The notes under the pieces were generated by a model, which was not told where the DNA came from, did no database searches, and worked only from the letters and a program-made list of their open reading frames with translations. This document shows, piece after piece, positions 53,749 to 64,000 of a DNA stretch of 64,000 nucleotides (within the stretch, counting starts at the first letter, position 1; each line of letters opens with the position of its first letter). The DNA lies in contig CP000067.1 of NCBI GenBank assembly GCA_000002445.1, positions 544,001 through 608,000 of the forward strand, given 5' to 3'. Origin of the DNA: Trypanosoma brucei (lineage: Eukaryota). The translations under genes were made by a program, and so were the position numbers.

Positions 53749-55869
53749 ATGTCTGCGGTTTCTTCTCCTAAGCAGTCTCAGCATTCCGATGTGAAATTTC
53801 CTGAGATTGTGCCACGGATGGATGAAGCGATGGATGAGGTAAAAGAGGAGGCGCAAGTGGAGAGAGAGGAAGTAGAAGAAGAATTCCACTTACCTGTCTG
53901 TTTTCGCATGCATTATGATGCACTTCCATATCCACGAACAAATGTCTTCCGTGGGCCAAGTACGTATCGATTGCATTCCCAGATTGTTTTGCCGTTCATA
54001 AAACCGCTGTCCTCCGCCACTGTTGGTGAGTTGGTGTCCCGCTTCACCGCACGGGCGTTCAAGTGTTACCCTGAGCTATCTGATTTTGTGGTTGAGGCCT
54101 TGTATCCGTGCTTTCAAGGGACGACAACTAGTGGTGATAATGTATTCATTGGTCATTTGTCGGACCGTATTGTTGTCAAGGAGCATGCAGCGTCCCCGCT
54201 GTTGAGCTTCCTCGCTCCCACCACACCGGGCAAAACGGCGGTGTATGACCTTTTCACGCTATGGAGGGGGACAAAAACGCGTTGTGGATCAGCACAAATG
54301 CCGGTGCTGGCTCCCATATGCCATAATGCTGACATGAAAAATGGTGGAAGGCAGCAGGAAAACGCAATGATTTACACGTGGCCCAACGTGTCTCTCAGTG
54401 AAATCCCCTACCCGCTCAAGCACAGATGTCCCCTCACGAAGTTGCCTCCACTCTTCAGCTCAGGAGAGGAAGGTGGTTTATGCGATGGCTTACCTGCGGT
54501 TCATTCGCGATTAAACCCGGAGCAGAGGAAGCTGCTGGACCAACTCGTTGGTTTTGAGTCGGAGGAACGTCACGCTCGCAGTAGTATTTTGGAAGATGAA
54601 GGAGTGTCTTGGAGAAGCTTTCGGGAATGGGAATTAGACGCTAGGCGACGTACAGTGGTTCTGTTGCGTCTGAAGAGTAGAGATGCATCTAAAGTACCAT
54701 TATGTGGTCTTGAAGAGTTTAATGTACCCGAGTTTCCCCGCACGTACCCTGTGGATACGGTTCCACTAATATCCCCCGAAAAGATGGTAAAGCTTGAAAA
54801 GGTGAAGGAGTACTCGATAGACACTGTTTGGCTATCCCGCGCATTTGCCAGGTATGAGAAACGTCAATCTTGCGACACCAACGACACCCAACCGCAGCCG
54901 CTGCCCTCAAAGCTTCGTGAATGCAATGGGAATGCCGTTGCATCAAGCGCACAACTAGGTGAGAACATAGACAATAGTGTTGATAAGGGCGATGAGTCCG
55001 ATGAGATGGACGAGCTCATTGATCAGTTCGCAGATTTCCGTCGCGACTTGCTAATGTTGGAGCGCAAAGAGTTCCGTAGTCTTACAGCAGGATTTCGGCT
55101 CATTCTGGAGCGGCAGAGAGAGTTTGAAGAGGAGTACATGAAGGAAATAATGGCTGATGAGCTACGCGGTACGGATGTGTTAGATGCTGAAAGCTATGAG
55201 GCGCCTTATGATTCGCAGAATGTCAATGGCGCATGGACTTGTGTCGCAAGAATGAGCGCATCTCCACAAGATTATAGTGCAAATCTGCCAAATGGGTGCG
55301 CTGCGTCGTCGCCGGCGCCACCGTCCACATGCGCATCACCTGCTAAAGTGGTAAAGGAGGTCGAGCTAGTTGGAGATTCGCCCAAGTTTCCATCTTATGA
55401 AAAGAGGGAGTGCGACATAGGCGTTAAGGCTGTCACGTGTCCGGACTTCGAGGATGGGATTCCTTACCGCAAGATTCTGACCGATAAAGAGGCACGCGTT
55501 CGGGCTGCACTCGATACCATTGAACGTATTGATTCCCAGTGGTCTGAACCCATGTGGTTGAAGGTGGGGAAACGTCGTGTGGAGCATTGTGAAGCTGATG
55601 TACGACGTAAGTTGTATGCGGACGAGGTTGCTAGGAGATGTGATATATGCATTTGTCAGAGGCAGGATGTGGAACACATGAAAGAGAAGAAACGCCTTGC
55701 GCTCGTCAGAGCCTTTGAACCTATCGTCGAGGGAGAGGAAGAGGACCGTATGGCTATTTACGAGGAAGAGGAGCGTTGGCGATCGCTTCTTCTTTCCTTG
55801 TGTCTCCGTGGTGTAGTGCTGCTGAAGACTTTTAGGCCTCAGCGTTGGGGATGGGACGATGATGTATAA
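53749..55869 (+). CDS. Hypothetical protein (706 aa)
   Basis: Long uninterrupted ORF with coding-like composition and an acidic N-terminus (EEAQVEREEVEEE). I recognise no domain. Confidence 0.55.
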   Translation: MSAVSSPKQSQHSDVKFPEIVPRMDEAMDEVKEEAQVEREEVEEEFHLPVCFRMHYDALPYPRTNVFRGPSTYRLHSQIVLPFIKPLSSATVGELVSRFTARAFKCYPELSDFVVEALYPCFQGTTTSGDNVFIGHLSDRIVVKEHAASPLLSFLAPTTPGKTAVYDLFTLWRGTKTRCGSAQMPVLAPICHNADMKNGGRQQENAMIYTWPNVSLSEIPYPLKHRCPLTKLPPLFSSGEEGGLCDGLPAVHSRLNPEQRKLLDQLVGFESEERHARSSILEDEGVSWRSFREWELDARRRTVVLLRLKSRDASKVPLCGLEEFNVPEFPRTYPVDTVPLISPEKMVKLEKVKEYSIDTVWLSRAFARYEKRQSCDTNDTQPQPLPSKLRECNGNAVASSAQLGENIDNSVDKGDESDEMDELIDQFADFRRDLLMLERKEFRSLTAGFRLILERQREFEEEYMKEIMADELRGTDVLDAESYEAPYDSQNVNGAWTCVARMSASPQDYSANLPNGCAASSPAPPSTCASPAKVVKEVELVGDSPKFPSYEKRECDIGVKAVTCPDFEDGIPYRKILTDKEARVRAALDTIERIDSQWSEPMWLKVGKRRVEHCEADVRRKLYADEVARRCDICICQRQDVEHMKEKKRLALVRAFEPIVEGEEEDRMAIYEEEERWRSLLLSLCLRGVVLLKTFRPQRWGWDDDV

Positions 55870-57191
55870 ACAGCTTACATGCTTCTCTTTTCTTTTCTTT
55901 TTTTGTTGTTGGTGTTACAGACAGGGAAGAAGAAGAGAGAGGGTTTCAGATTTATCTGTTATGGATGGGGGCTGAAAACGCATCTGTGGGACTGCATAGG
56001 GGTGGATGCGAATGAGTAATTTATAACTCGTTCCCCATGTCCGAGTGAGCTTGTGCTCATGTTAACAACTTACTTAACTGTTTGTGCGTTGCCCTTCCTT
56101 CCTTCGTTTATGTTTTTTTTATGTTTTCCTTTTAGGGGGTTTAATTTTATTTCACCTCTCATGAGCAGCGTAAGGGGGAAACCCAGCAGTGAGCTGCCCT
56201 TCGTATGGCGTGAATGGCCCTTCCATGTAGGGTAACCTTTTGTTATTGTCGTTATCACACCGTGTTGTGGTTGTCATTTATGTAACTCTTCCGCTTCCCT
56301 CTCTTTTTTCCTGAATTTTTAAATGACCCTGTCTTTTTGTCTTGCCCGTTGTGCATTACATCATGCAGTGTGTTATCGTTTGCGTGGTTCTTCCCTATTC
56401 AACTACCCCCGCTTCGGGGAGCGTGGGGTGGGGGGAAGAGGTGGGGAAAATATGGGAGGGAAGGGAAGGAGCCGTACTACCGCGGACAACTCATGTATTT
56501 TACACTTTTTTCCCCCCCCCCCTCACTCTTGCTGTTGTTTGTTTGGAATCGTTTTGTGATGTTCCCCTCCCCCCCCCCTTCCTTTACGTTGCAGATCCGC
56601 ATCCCTTTGAGCAAGAGGGGAAAAGGAAAAAGAAAATGCCCAGGGGAGGGGGAAATGTGAAATGTATGTGATACGTAACCCCCTCCCTGTACTTGTACAT
56701 TTTTTTTCTTTTAATTGTTATTATCACAAGCACTGTATCAGAGAGCAAGGGTGTAAAAAACAAAGACAATACCAAAAGGAATCATTAAGCTTTTAGAAAG
56801 AGGGGAATACAAAAATTAGGGGAAAGGGTAGAGAAGTTGCCGTGTGTATCGATACTTGCGTTCGTGTTTGTATCCTTGTTGACACTCACAAGAGTAGTGG
56901 TGGTGACGTCTGTGTGTGTGTGTGCGTGTGTGTGTGTATGTGTGTATATATGGGAGAGTAAAAAAGGAGGAGGAATCAACATCGACACTAACAGAAAACA
57001 TCTAATGGTGTTGATGCGTAAGTTTCGATGCCATGGCGGGGTGCAGTGCAACTGTGCCCTCCACTGCTTTTACTTTTATCGCTGCCCCTTATTATGTACA
57101 AATATACCGATACGTACTGCTGCGGTACTGAGCTCCCTTAGAAGATCCTCACCACTGCTGTCTGATCCCTACGAAAGCGGCACAAAAAAAA

Positions 57192-57230
57192 CCTTCTCCC
57201 CCCGTCGAGCCTTTATTCACACCACAGAAA
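57192..57230 (+). promoter_or_regulatory. Polypyrimidine tract + AG upstream of the AsnRS start (putative trans-splice acceptor)
   Basis: ccttctccccccgtcgagcctttattcacacc then cAG, 14 nt before ATG 57242. This supports the shortened start. Confidence 0.4.
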
Positions 57231-57241
57231 GAAGCAAATTG

Positions 57242-59245
57242 ATGTCGGAGGAAATAATTACAAAGCTTCGGGAGGTTGTTGGCTTGGATGAAAAGAATGC
57301 GAAGGATTTGTCCACGAAGCCTGAACGTGTGACGGACCTTCTCGAGTTCTTCGGCGTCCAGGGAATTACGGCCGCCTCGCCTCGGGAGCAAAAGGTGATG
57401 ATGTTCAATATTTGGACAAAGGTGAAACTCTCCGAGCATCGTGACCACATCGCCACTTACGTAAAGAATAATAAGCTCGACTCCACGCAGAAGGTGGACG
57501 CTGCCGTGCGGTTTGTTAATGCCCTCAAGGCGAACGCCGCGTTTGAAGTTGCGAAGTTTGAGGAAGAGTGCGGTGTCGGTGTTGTATTGTCCCGTGATGA
57601 TACCGTCAGGCTTGTGAAGGAGGCACTGGAAGCGGAGGATCCCAAAGTGCTCAAGGCTTCGTGGGTGAAGAATCCCAATATGCTCATTGGTAAGGTGAAA
57701 CGAGCAAAGGGACTGCAGTGGGCCGACATCAGCGTGGTAAAGTCTGCAGTGGAGGAAATGGTGCCCCCCATGATTGAAGGTGTTGTACTTGAGGAAGCAC
57801 CCAGTAAACCAAAGCAGGCAGCACCGTCTGCTCCGTCCGGTAAGGGAGCGGGAGGCGCACAGCAGTGCCCACGCAACGATGACTGGAAGAACGTCGTTGA
57901 TACGAAGAAACGCAATCTTATTGGCGATTTACCCAAGTGCAAGGAAGGTGAAATTGTGCACGTAATTGGGTGGGCGCATCGTGTCCGGCATCAGTCACGC
58001 ATTTCCTTTGTTGTACTACGTGATGGTTCGGGCTACATTCAAGTGGTTTTTGGAGGCGAAACGGAACCGTTTCATCGAGAGACGTCGTTGGCTATCCGTG
58101 GAAGACTGAAACACGAACCAAAGGCCAAAGCCGAGTTGCAGCCCCCGTACGAACTGCACGTGGAGGAGTACGCTATCATTGGCAACTCAGACGGAAGCAT
58201 TGAAAACGTTATTACAGCTGAAAGCTCCCCTGATAAATTGCTGGATGATAGACATTTAGTCATTAGAGGAACGTATGGATCTACAACACTAAAGGTGCGG
58301 CATGAACTTATTCGTGCCTTCCGCGAGTACTTCTGGTCCAAGGGGATGTACGAAGTAACACCGCCAACGCTTGTGGGTACTCAGTGTGAGGGTGGGTCAA
58401 CTCTTTTTGACGTGATGTATTACGGAAAGAAGGCGTATCTCACTCAGTCCTCTCAGTTATACCTGGAAGCCTGCACAGCTTCCCTTGGAGATGTTTACTG
58501 TCTCCTTTCAAGCTACAGAGCAGAGAAATCCAAAACGAAACGCCATCTAAGTGAGTACACACACTTGGAAGTGGAGTATGCGGTGTGCAATTTTGAGGAG
58601 ATGTTGACATATATTGAGGACCTCATCGTGTCGGTGTTCAACATGGTGATTGAACGTGTCGGTGACCTCATTGCCTTCATGAATCCCAAGCAATTGGTCG
58701 ATCCGAACGGCAACCCACGCGATCCCAAGAACTGGAAACTGGCGCCGAAGAAACCCTTCAGGCGGCTCAAGTATGCTGATGCAATTAAATTCTGCAACGA
58801 GCACAACATATTAAACCCCGAGACCAATGAGCCATTCAAATTCGGTGAGGACATCACTGATCAACCGGAGCGGGCAATGGTGGGAATGATTGGCGAGATT
58901 GTTTTAATGACGCATTTCCCTGCCGAAATGAAGTCCTTTTACATGGCTCGGGATGATCATGACAACCGGCTCACGGAGTCAGTGGATGTGTTGGCGCCCG
59001 GCATTGGTGAAGTGGTTGGCGGCTCGATGCGTATGTGGGATTATGATGAGTTAATGGAGGCATACAAACGCGAGGGTCTCGACCCCGAGGTGTACTACTG
59101 GTATACGGAGCAGCGGAAGTACGGCTCAACTCCGCACGGTGGTTTCGGGTTGGGGCTGGAGCGGCTGCTTGTGTGGCTGTTGGATCTTGACTCCGTAAGG
59201 GATGCGTGTTTGTTCCCACGTTATATGGGTCGATGCCAACCCTAA
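57242..59245 (+). CDS. Asparaginyl-tRNA synthetase, eukaryotic cytoplasmic type (class IIb)
   Basis: The catalytic core is nearly colinear with eukaryotic AsnRS (LTQSSQLYLE...YRAEKSKTKRHLSEYTHLE...ESVDVLAPGIGEVVGGSMR...HGGFGLGLERLLVWLL...CLFPRYMGRC). The six-frame ORF begins at 56837, but those upstream residues translate a (GT)n/polypyrimidine spacer. I chose ATG 57242, which lies 14 nt after a pPy tract plus AG. Confidence 0.9.
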   Translation: MSEEIITKLREVVGLDEKNAKDLSTKPERVTDLLEFFGVQGITAASPREQKVMMFNIWTKVKLSEHRDHIATYVKNNKLDSTQKVDAAVRFVNALKANAAFEVAKFEEECGVGVVLSRDDTVRLVKEALEAEDPKVLKASWVKNPNMLIGKVKRAKGLQWADISVVKSAVEEMVPPMIEGVVLEEAPSKPKQAAPSAPSGKGAGGAQQCPRNDDWKNVVDTKKRNLIGDLPKCKEGEIVHVIGWAHRVRHQSRISFVVLRDGSGYIQVVFGGETEPFHRETSLAIRGRLKHEPKAKAELQPPYELHVEEYAIIGNSDGSIENVITAESSPDKLLDDRHLVIRGTYGSTTLKVRHELIRAFREYFWSKGMYEVTPPTLVGTQCEGGSTLFDVMYYGKKAYLTQSSQLYLEACTASLGDVYCLLSSYRAEKSKTKRHLSEYTHLEVEYAVCNFEEMLTYIEDLIVSVFNMVIERVGDLIAFMNPKQLVDPNGNPRDPKNWKLAPKKPFRRLKYADAIKFCNEHNILNPETNEPFKFGEDITDQPERAMVGMIGEIVLMTHFPAEMKSFYMARDDHDNRLTESVDVLAPGIGEVVGGSMRMWDYDELMEAYKREGLDPEVYYWYTEQRKYGSTPHGGFGLGLERLLVWLLDLDSVRDACLFPRYMGRCQP

Positions 59246-60608
59246 TGTTCATGTGGCGTGTCAATTAACTATTTAATCGAAGTAAAGCAATCAAGGGGGG
59301 GGGCAACCGTAGGCAAAGCATATATATATATATATACTAAAAATGAAGTAGACCTGCGATGATTGGGAATCCAACAATGAAACTAAGTGAAAACTATCCG
59401 GGAAAAGAGGAAAACGGGGGAAGACAATCCGCTAATTATCCGTTACTGCATTAAAATAGAGCGGAGAGAGTGCGTGCAAAACGATTTCTGTAGTGGACTG
59501 TTGGCCCGGCGGGAGAGCATGTGGTGTGACGAGAGGGCGAGTTATGGAAAGTTTTTTTTTTCTTACGTGTTGCATTTGGGCGGAGTGGGGGCTGAAACTG
59601 AACTCCTTATCATTTATTCGCTATTTAATCTCAGTTGAGCTCCACTCGCATCCCTTGAGGAAGGTGTCAGCAGGATGATGGGAATACCTTTTAAGGTTAC
59701 GAAGCGTACGTGTGTGTGTGTGTGTGTTTTGATCTTGCCAACCTTTTTGCTGTTGTTTCCAGCATTAGACGGGGGCTTGTCCAACCTGAGCTCTCCGGTG
59801 TTGTGAATATTCCCAATTTCCTGTGATTGTTTTCCTTTTTGTTTTGTTTTGTTATTGCTTGGTTGCTCCCTGTTTGTATCTCTTTCCCTGACCGGAGAGG
59901 GGGCCAAAACGAAGTGGCAGCGTGCAGCCAGTCGCAGGATTGCGGAAGACCTTTGGAAAGAAGGAGGAAAAAGGCGGTTGGGGGTGAAGTGTGACATGAC
60001 GTAATGTAAAAAACAAAACAAATAACAATGGTAATTAGTTAAATAAAATGGAGGAGGGGTTAATAGTGTAACACTTTAAAAATAAAAGTTTTTTTTTTAA
60101 AAAAGGAGGTGTTTATATTTACATTTAGGTGTAATTCGTGTTAAAACATCGTAGCGGCAGGTGAATTACACCTTTGATGTTGCAGATGGTGTTGGCGTTC
60201 AAATTAAAGGGGGAAAAACACATTCACGTTGATGCCTCTTTGGAAAATATTACTTTTATTCTTTTTTTCTTATTGTTGCCGACATCAATAACGCGGTTGG
60301 CGCTCATAACTCTCGTACATATATATATATATACAGAAGGTGTGAGCGAGGTAATTACTTAGAGGTAGCCAAAGCATTTTTTTTCCACATCGCGGGAAAC
60401 AATTCAGAAGGAGGAGACGAGCAGACTCATCGACACCCAGATTAAAATACACGCAGGTATCCCTTTTATTAAACTGAGGGCAAAGGAGTACTTCGTGCTT
60501 CAGTTTTCCCTCCGGGGGCCTAACTTTCGTCTCAGCCACACCCGCTGATTTTTTTTATTATTATCACTACTATTATTTTACGAGTAACTTCCCCGTCACG
60601 CGCTACTA

Positions 60609-61043
60609 ATGGTTGTGTTTCACCAATTGATACTTCCACTAGGGGTACTGCTTTTACTGCACAGTATTTACCTCGCGCTGAGTGCTCGTGAGCAACTTCA
60701 GGAACAGCACCACGGGACTGGTGAATCCCTCAATAGAGGCGACTATTTTCCCATGACGTCTTTACGCACGGGAGCTGTGACAGGCAGCAGTGGCGCAACA
60801 TTGTACATCTTCGCAGAGTTACTTGTAGGTGTCGCTGTATCGATAATTGGATATGTGAAGCGCTCAACCTTCAAACCCGCGCGACTCATCGACAAAAACT
60901 GTTTTGACCGTTACGACAGCATTGCTTACACAGGTGTGGGTTTTATGCATTTCAATCATCGCGGAGCAGGAACAGCAAGGCGAAGCGCAAAGACACCCAA
61001 CGGGGAGAGCATTCGAGCATCAACAGGGAAGAAACATGCGTAA
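60609..61043 (+). CDS. Hypothetical small membrane protein
   Basis: 144-aa ORF with two hydrophobic helices. This is a weak call. Confidence 0.2.
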   Translation: MVVFHQLILPLGVLLLLHSIYLALSAREQLQEQHHGTGESLNRGDYFPMTSLRTGAVTGSSGATLYIFAELLVGVAVSIIGYVKRSTFKPARLIDKNCFDRYDSIAYTGVGFMHFNHRGAGTARRSAKTPNGESIRASTGKKHA

Positions 61044-62107
61044 GATGTTGTCGGTTCTCTCGTTATTTGTTTGTGTAGTCGGCGGCAACAGAGACTGTTG
61101 CAGTTTTGGATCCTTCTTTGGTGTGGTGTAAATGGGATAAGGACGAGAAGTGCATTGTGGTGGCTAGTGAAGGAAAAGCACCAGTGAGTGCGAGTAAGAT
61201 AGATGTGTAGCGTACGCACGGCTTCTCTTTTATTGGTTATCTGTGCGGCCGTCCCGAGGGAAGGGACGACACATCATGTAGGAGGAAATTTGTTTATTCT
61301 CCCCCTGGTTACTGTTTTGTGCTTTACCTTCTATCTGATTGTAACGTTTTGTTGTCTTATTTTTGTAATGGGGCCCATCTTCCGCCATGACGTTGTATTG
61401 CTGTGTATGGGAACAGGGGAAGGGCGAGAATGATGGCGGATGCGTTAAAAGGGAAGAGGGGAAGAATTCAAAAAGAGGACGAGAGGTGGGAGGCCCTTTG
61501 AGCAACAATGGCGGAAAGGGGTGTTCAAACCATACCGTCAATAAAGTGAGACAAGTAAGATGTATGCCGTGGGAAGTAGGGAGGCATCAGGGATATCCGA
61601 TGCCGCTCCTATCGACTTAGCAGTAAATCATCTCTAGCTGTCGCAAATCTGTTTTAAAAGTGCGTGTTTCGTTTTCGTTATTCCTGTTATTATTACTGTC
61701 AATGGCCGAGTCACTTTTGACATAGCGGGGCTCATTGGTGTGACGTTCCCACTTTCGATGGTGACGTGTGTTGCATTTACTTACTTCAACTCCCCTCCCT
61801 TTCACTTTTAATTAATACCTTCGGGTGTGCAAATTATGTTCTTTGCTTCCCTCAGTGGACTTTGTACAGACGTTCACGCCCCATTGTAGGTAATCGTTAA
61901 CCTACTACCCGCACACGGCTCTACATATTTTTTTGTCGAGCAGTGGACTACCGCCTGGGCAAGTGGTTGGCAGGACGGGCATATTAGGTGATTCGTCACC
62001 GCTACAGGGAAAGCAACTGTGAAACCAAAAAGTCAGGAAACCCGAAGGGGGAAAACACAACACGGCGAAGTGAAGCAAAGGGGCGCACATTTTGTTTGTT
62101 TTAGCAA

Positions 62108-62350
62108 ATGTTTAGGAGGACATTCTTTACACCAATGATTGCACAACCAACGCTGTTGATGCTTGGAAACAAGGGCGGTACGCCGAAGCGCAAGAAGAAC
62201 CCGATGCAGCTACGCCGCAAGGTGTACGGGCTGCACTTCAAGGAAAAATACCTCAAAATGGAGGAGTGGTACTACTGCCCGCTGTGCGCAGAGCCCAAGA
62301 AACCCGGCGAATGGTGCCGTCGAGAGGACTGCCGTCAAATTAAACCGTAG
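62108..62350 (+). CDS. Small basic CxxC...C protein (80 aa), possible zinc-ribbon / organellar ribosomal-like protein
   Basis: MFRRTFFTPM... is a basic N-terminus resembling a mitochondrial presequence. It is followed by YYCPLCAEPKKPGEWCRREDC. Basic, Lys/Arg-rich. Confidence 0.35.
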   Translation: MFRRTFFTPMIAQPTLLMLGNKGGTPKRKKNPMQLRRKVYGLHFKEKYLKMEEWYYCPLCAEPKKPGEWCRREDCRQIKP

Positions 62351-62858
62351 GGCTCCAGTGAGTGGTAACATTATCGGAATTCTCAATGATTTCTCCCGCA
62401 CAATCGGTGTCCAACGTCTTCACTTTGAGAAAAGCAGGTGAGACCATGACGTTTTTCTTTTTATGCGAGACAATTATGGAAGGGGAGCTGGAAAAGAAAG
62501 AGAGAGTCGAAGTATTCTCAGAGTCTTTTGTCCTTGTTTCCTTTCAGGCGTTTCACGCTTTATTTCTCCTCTTCCCCCCCCCCTGTTGTGGATCACGTCA
62601 CAAACTTATGCGTCACAAATGTAACGGGTCCGTCCTCACTGTATGTTGTGCCTGTTGGTGAGGTGAGGCGAGGCGTAGTTGCGTGGTGTTTTGAATTGGT
62701 TACTCCGACACCGCACCATGGCTGTTCCACCACGGTGGCAATAATTGTAACGACTACGTTTTCCCTGCTTTTCTCTTTCCCCTTTGGATAATTTACTTCG
62801 GCCTGGCACATCACATCACATGATACATATATGTAACCCCACAGAGGAAAGGTGCAGA

Positions 62859-64000
62859 ATGGACTTGATCTTCCCCGAAGAGGCCCACACTGTCACGGTA
62901 AGACACTTTTCGGTTCCCGAACCCCCGGGTGCACCGGAGTTAAGGCAACAAAGTAATTTCCCCATCACCTCCAATCCTCAAATCTCTCCCGCACCTGACC
63001 CTGTTGTCGTGGCCGCAATTCAGCGCCGGATTGAGTGCGGCAGCGGGTTATCTAGTTGTGGTGAAAGTGGTGACTCAATGGATAATGCCAGTGATCCGGC
63101 ACGTCGATTAGCACACCTGCAGTCCGCCCTCTCGATCCTTTGCCACACGGCTGCGATGGATAAGTCGCAATTCTTTCTATACCGGAAACAAGTAAGCAAA
63201 AAAAGCACAAATGATAACGCAGAATGTGCTTCAACAACGGATTATTCAATCACCGACATTTATACTACCGTGCGGGCGTTGAAATTAGAGTATGATGAAG
63301 CAGTAAAACACTCAAGGGATGAAAAAGGAACCCAAACGGCAAACGCAGAAGTCTTGGAGTTGGCGCGCCGCAGAACCGAGTGCCGTGTGGATGACTGCTT
63401 GCGCCTTTTGGAGCCAACTATCACTGAACTTATACTCGACTTTACCCACGTGAAGAAAGTACCTGTCGCCTACACTGAGGAGATGCTTCAAGGGTTGCCG
63501 CAGGTGTTCGCCATGGAGAGGTGGCCGTGTACTATTTTGCGGAAGGAAACTGACGATTTCGTTGGGCAAAAGCGTCCACGTGTCTCTTCGCGACCTCTCG
63601 CAGGCGAAAGCGGTCGTGGTGAGTCTTTTTTTGAGCATAACGATGTGGCACACGCGGCTACCGCAGTTGTCTTTAAAGCCCTGCGGGACCTGAGGAAAAA
63701 CGACTACATGTGCCTGCTCGGCGATAAAACATTAACTTCAGCTCCAAAAGCAGCCGATGTGTCGCGATCGCATCTTACTTATGGAGAGCTGGTTGAAAGA
63801 ACCCTCAGCGGTGTTTATCGGGAGCGGGGTCTATTAGCTGCATTGTATGACGTCAAGCGGCTTCTCTACGGTGCATACGATGCCGCACCTGCTGAGCACG
63901 CTCCAACTATCAAGTCACTTCACGCTCAGTTTGAGCAAGATTTGCGCCGCCATTACAGTGCGTTTCTCAGCAAAACTGGACTGCGCTGCAGGGCTAACGA
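62859..64000 (+). CDS. Hypothetical protein, 5' portion (ORF runs off the window end)
   Basis: From the ATG at 62859 I found no stop codon in frame through position 64000, reading the sequence by hand. The six-frame track omits it because it has no stop in the window. Composition is coding-like. Confidence 0.5.
   Translation, partial: MDLIFPEEAHTVTVRHFSVPEPPGAPELRQQSNFPITSNPQISPAPDPVVVAAIQRRIECGSGLSSCGESGDSMDNASDPARRLAHLQSALSILCHTAAMDKSQFFLYRKQVSKKSTNDNAECASTTDYSITDIYTTVRALKLEYDEAVKHSRDEKGTQTANAEVLELARRRTECRVDDCLRLLEPTITELILDFTHVKKVPVAYTEEMLQGLPQVFAMERWPCTILRKETDDFVGQKRPRVSSRPLAGESGRGESFFEHNDVAHAATAVVFKALRDLRKNDYMCLLGDKTLTSAPKAADVSRSHLTYGELVERTLSGVYRERGLLAALYDVKRLLYGAYDAAPAEHAPTIKSLHAQFEQDLRRHYSAFLSKTGLRCRAN

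Noticed and set aside
1-64000. Prokaryote-style features (operons, RBS, CRISPR arrays, defence islands)
   Set aside because: Sequence architecture is that of a eukaryotic kinetoplastid nuclear chromosome: eukaryotic AsnRS, centrin, Sec7, ALG2, with pPy/AG spacers. No direct-repeat/spacer arrays are present.

Overview
The window looks like a trypanosomatid (kinetoplastid) nuclear chromosome segment, probably Trypanosoma; I cannot fix the species from sequence alone. Every convincing protein-coding gene (about 24) lies on the + strand, which fits a single polycistronic transcription unit with no strand-switch inside the window. Genes are separated by long intergenic spacers (about 0.1 to 4 kb) that are low in complexity and skewed toward purines or pyrimidines. 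These spacers are rich in homopolymer runs, microsatellites and polypyrimidine tracts of the kind used for SL trans-splicing and polyadenylation. Genes recognisable from their translated sequence are a PP2C phosphatase, ribosomal protein L35a (eL33), a GTPBP1-family GTPase, a large Sec7-domain ARF-GEF, a TPR + DnaJ co-chaperone (DNAJC7-like), the ALG2 mannosyltransferase, centrin, a POLE4/CHRAC-like histone-fold protein, a hexose-transporter-like MFS permease, and a eukaryotic-type asparaginyl-tRNA synthetase. There are also several coiled-coil, LRR, WD-like and hypothetical proteins. The minus-strand ORFs in the six-frame track are all short, overlap + strand genes and read like antisense noise. 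The most unusual thing I see is a ~331-bp segment present twice at >99% identity (36972-37303 and 53001-53331). Each copy sits just downstream of the stop codon of an unrelated gene (ALG2, MFS transporter) and just upstream of the next gene, so each fills the whole or part of an intergenic mRNA-processing region. I see no prokaryotic features (operons, CRISPR, RBS) and no tRNA or rRNA genes I can support by eye.
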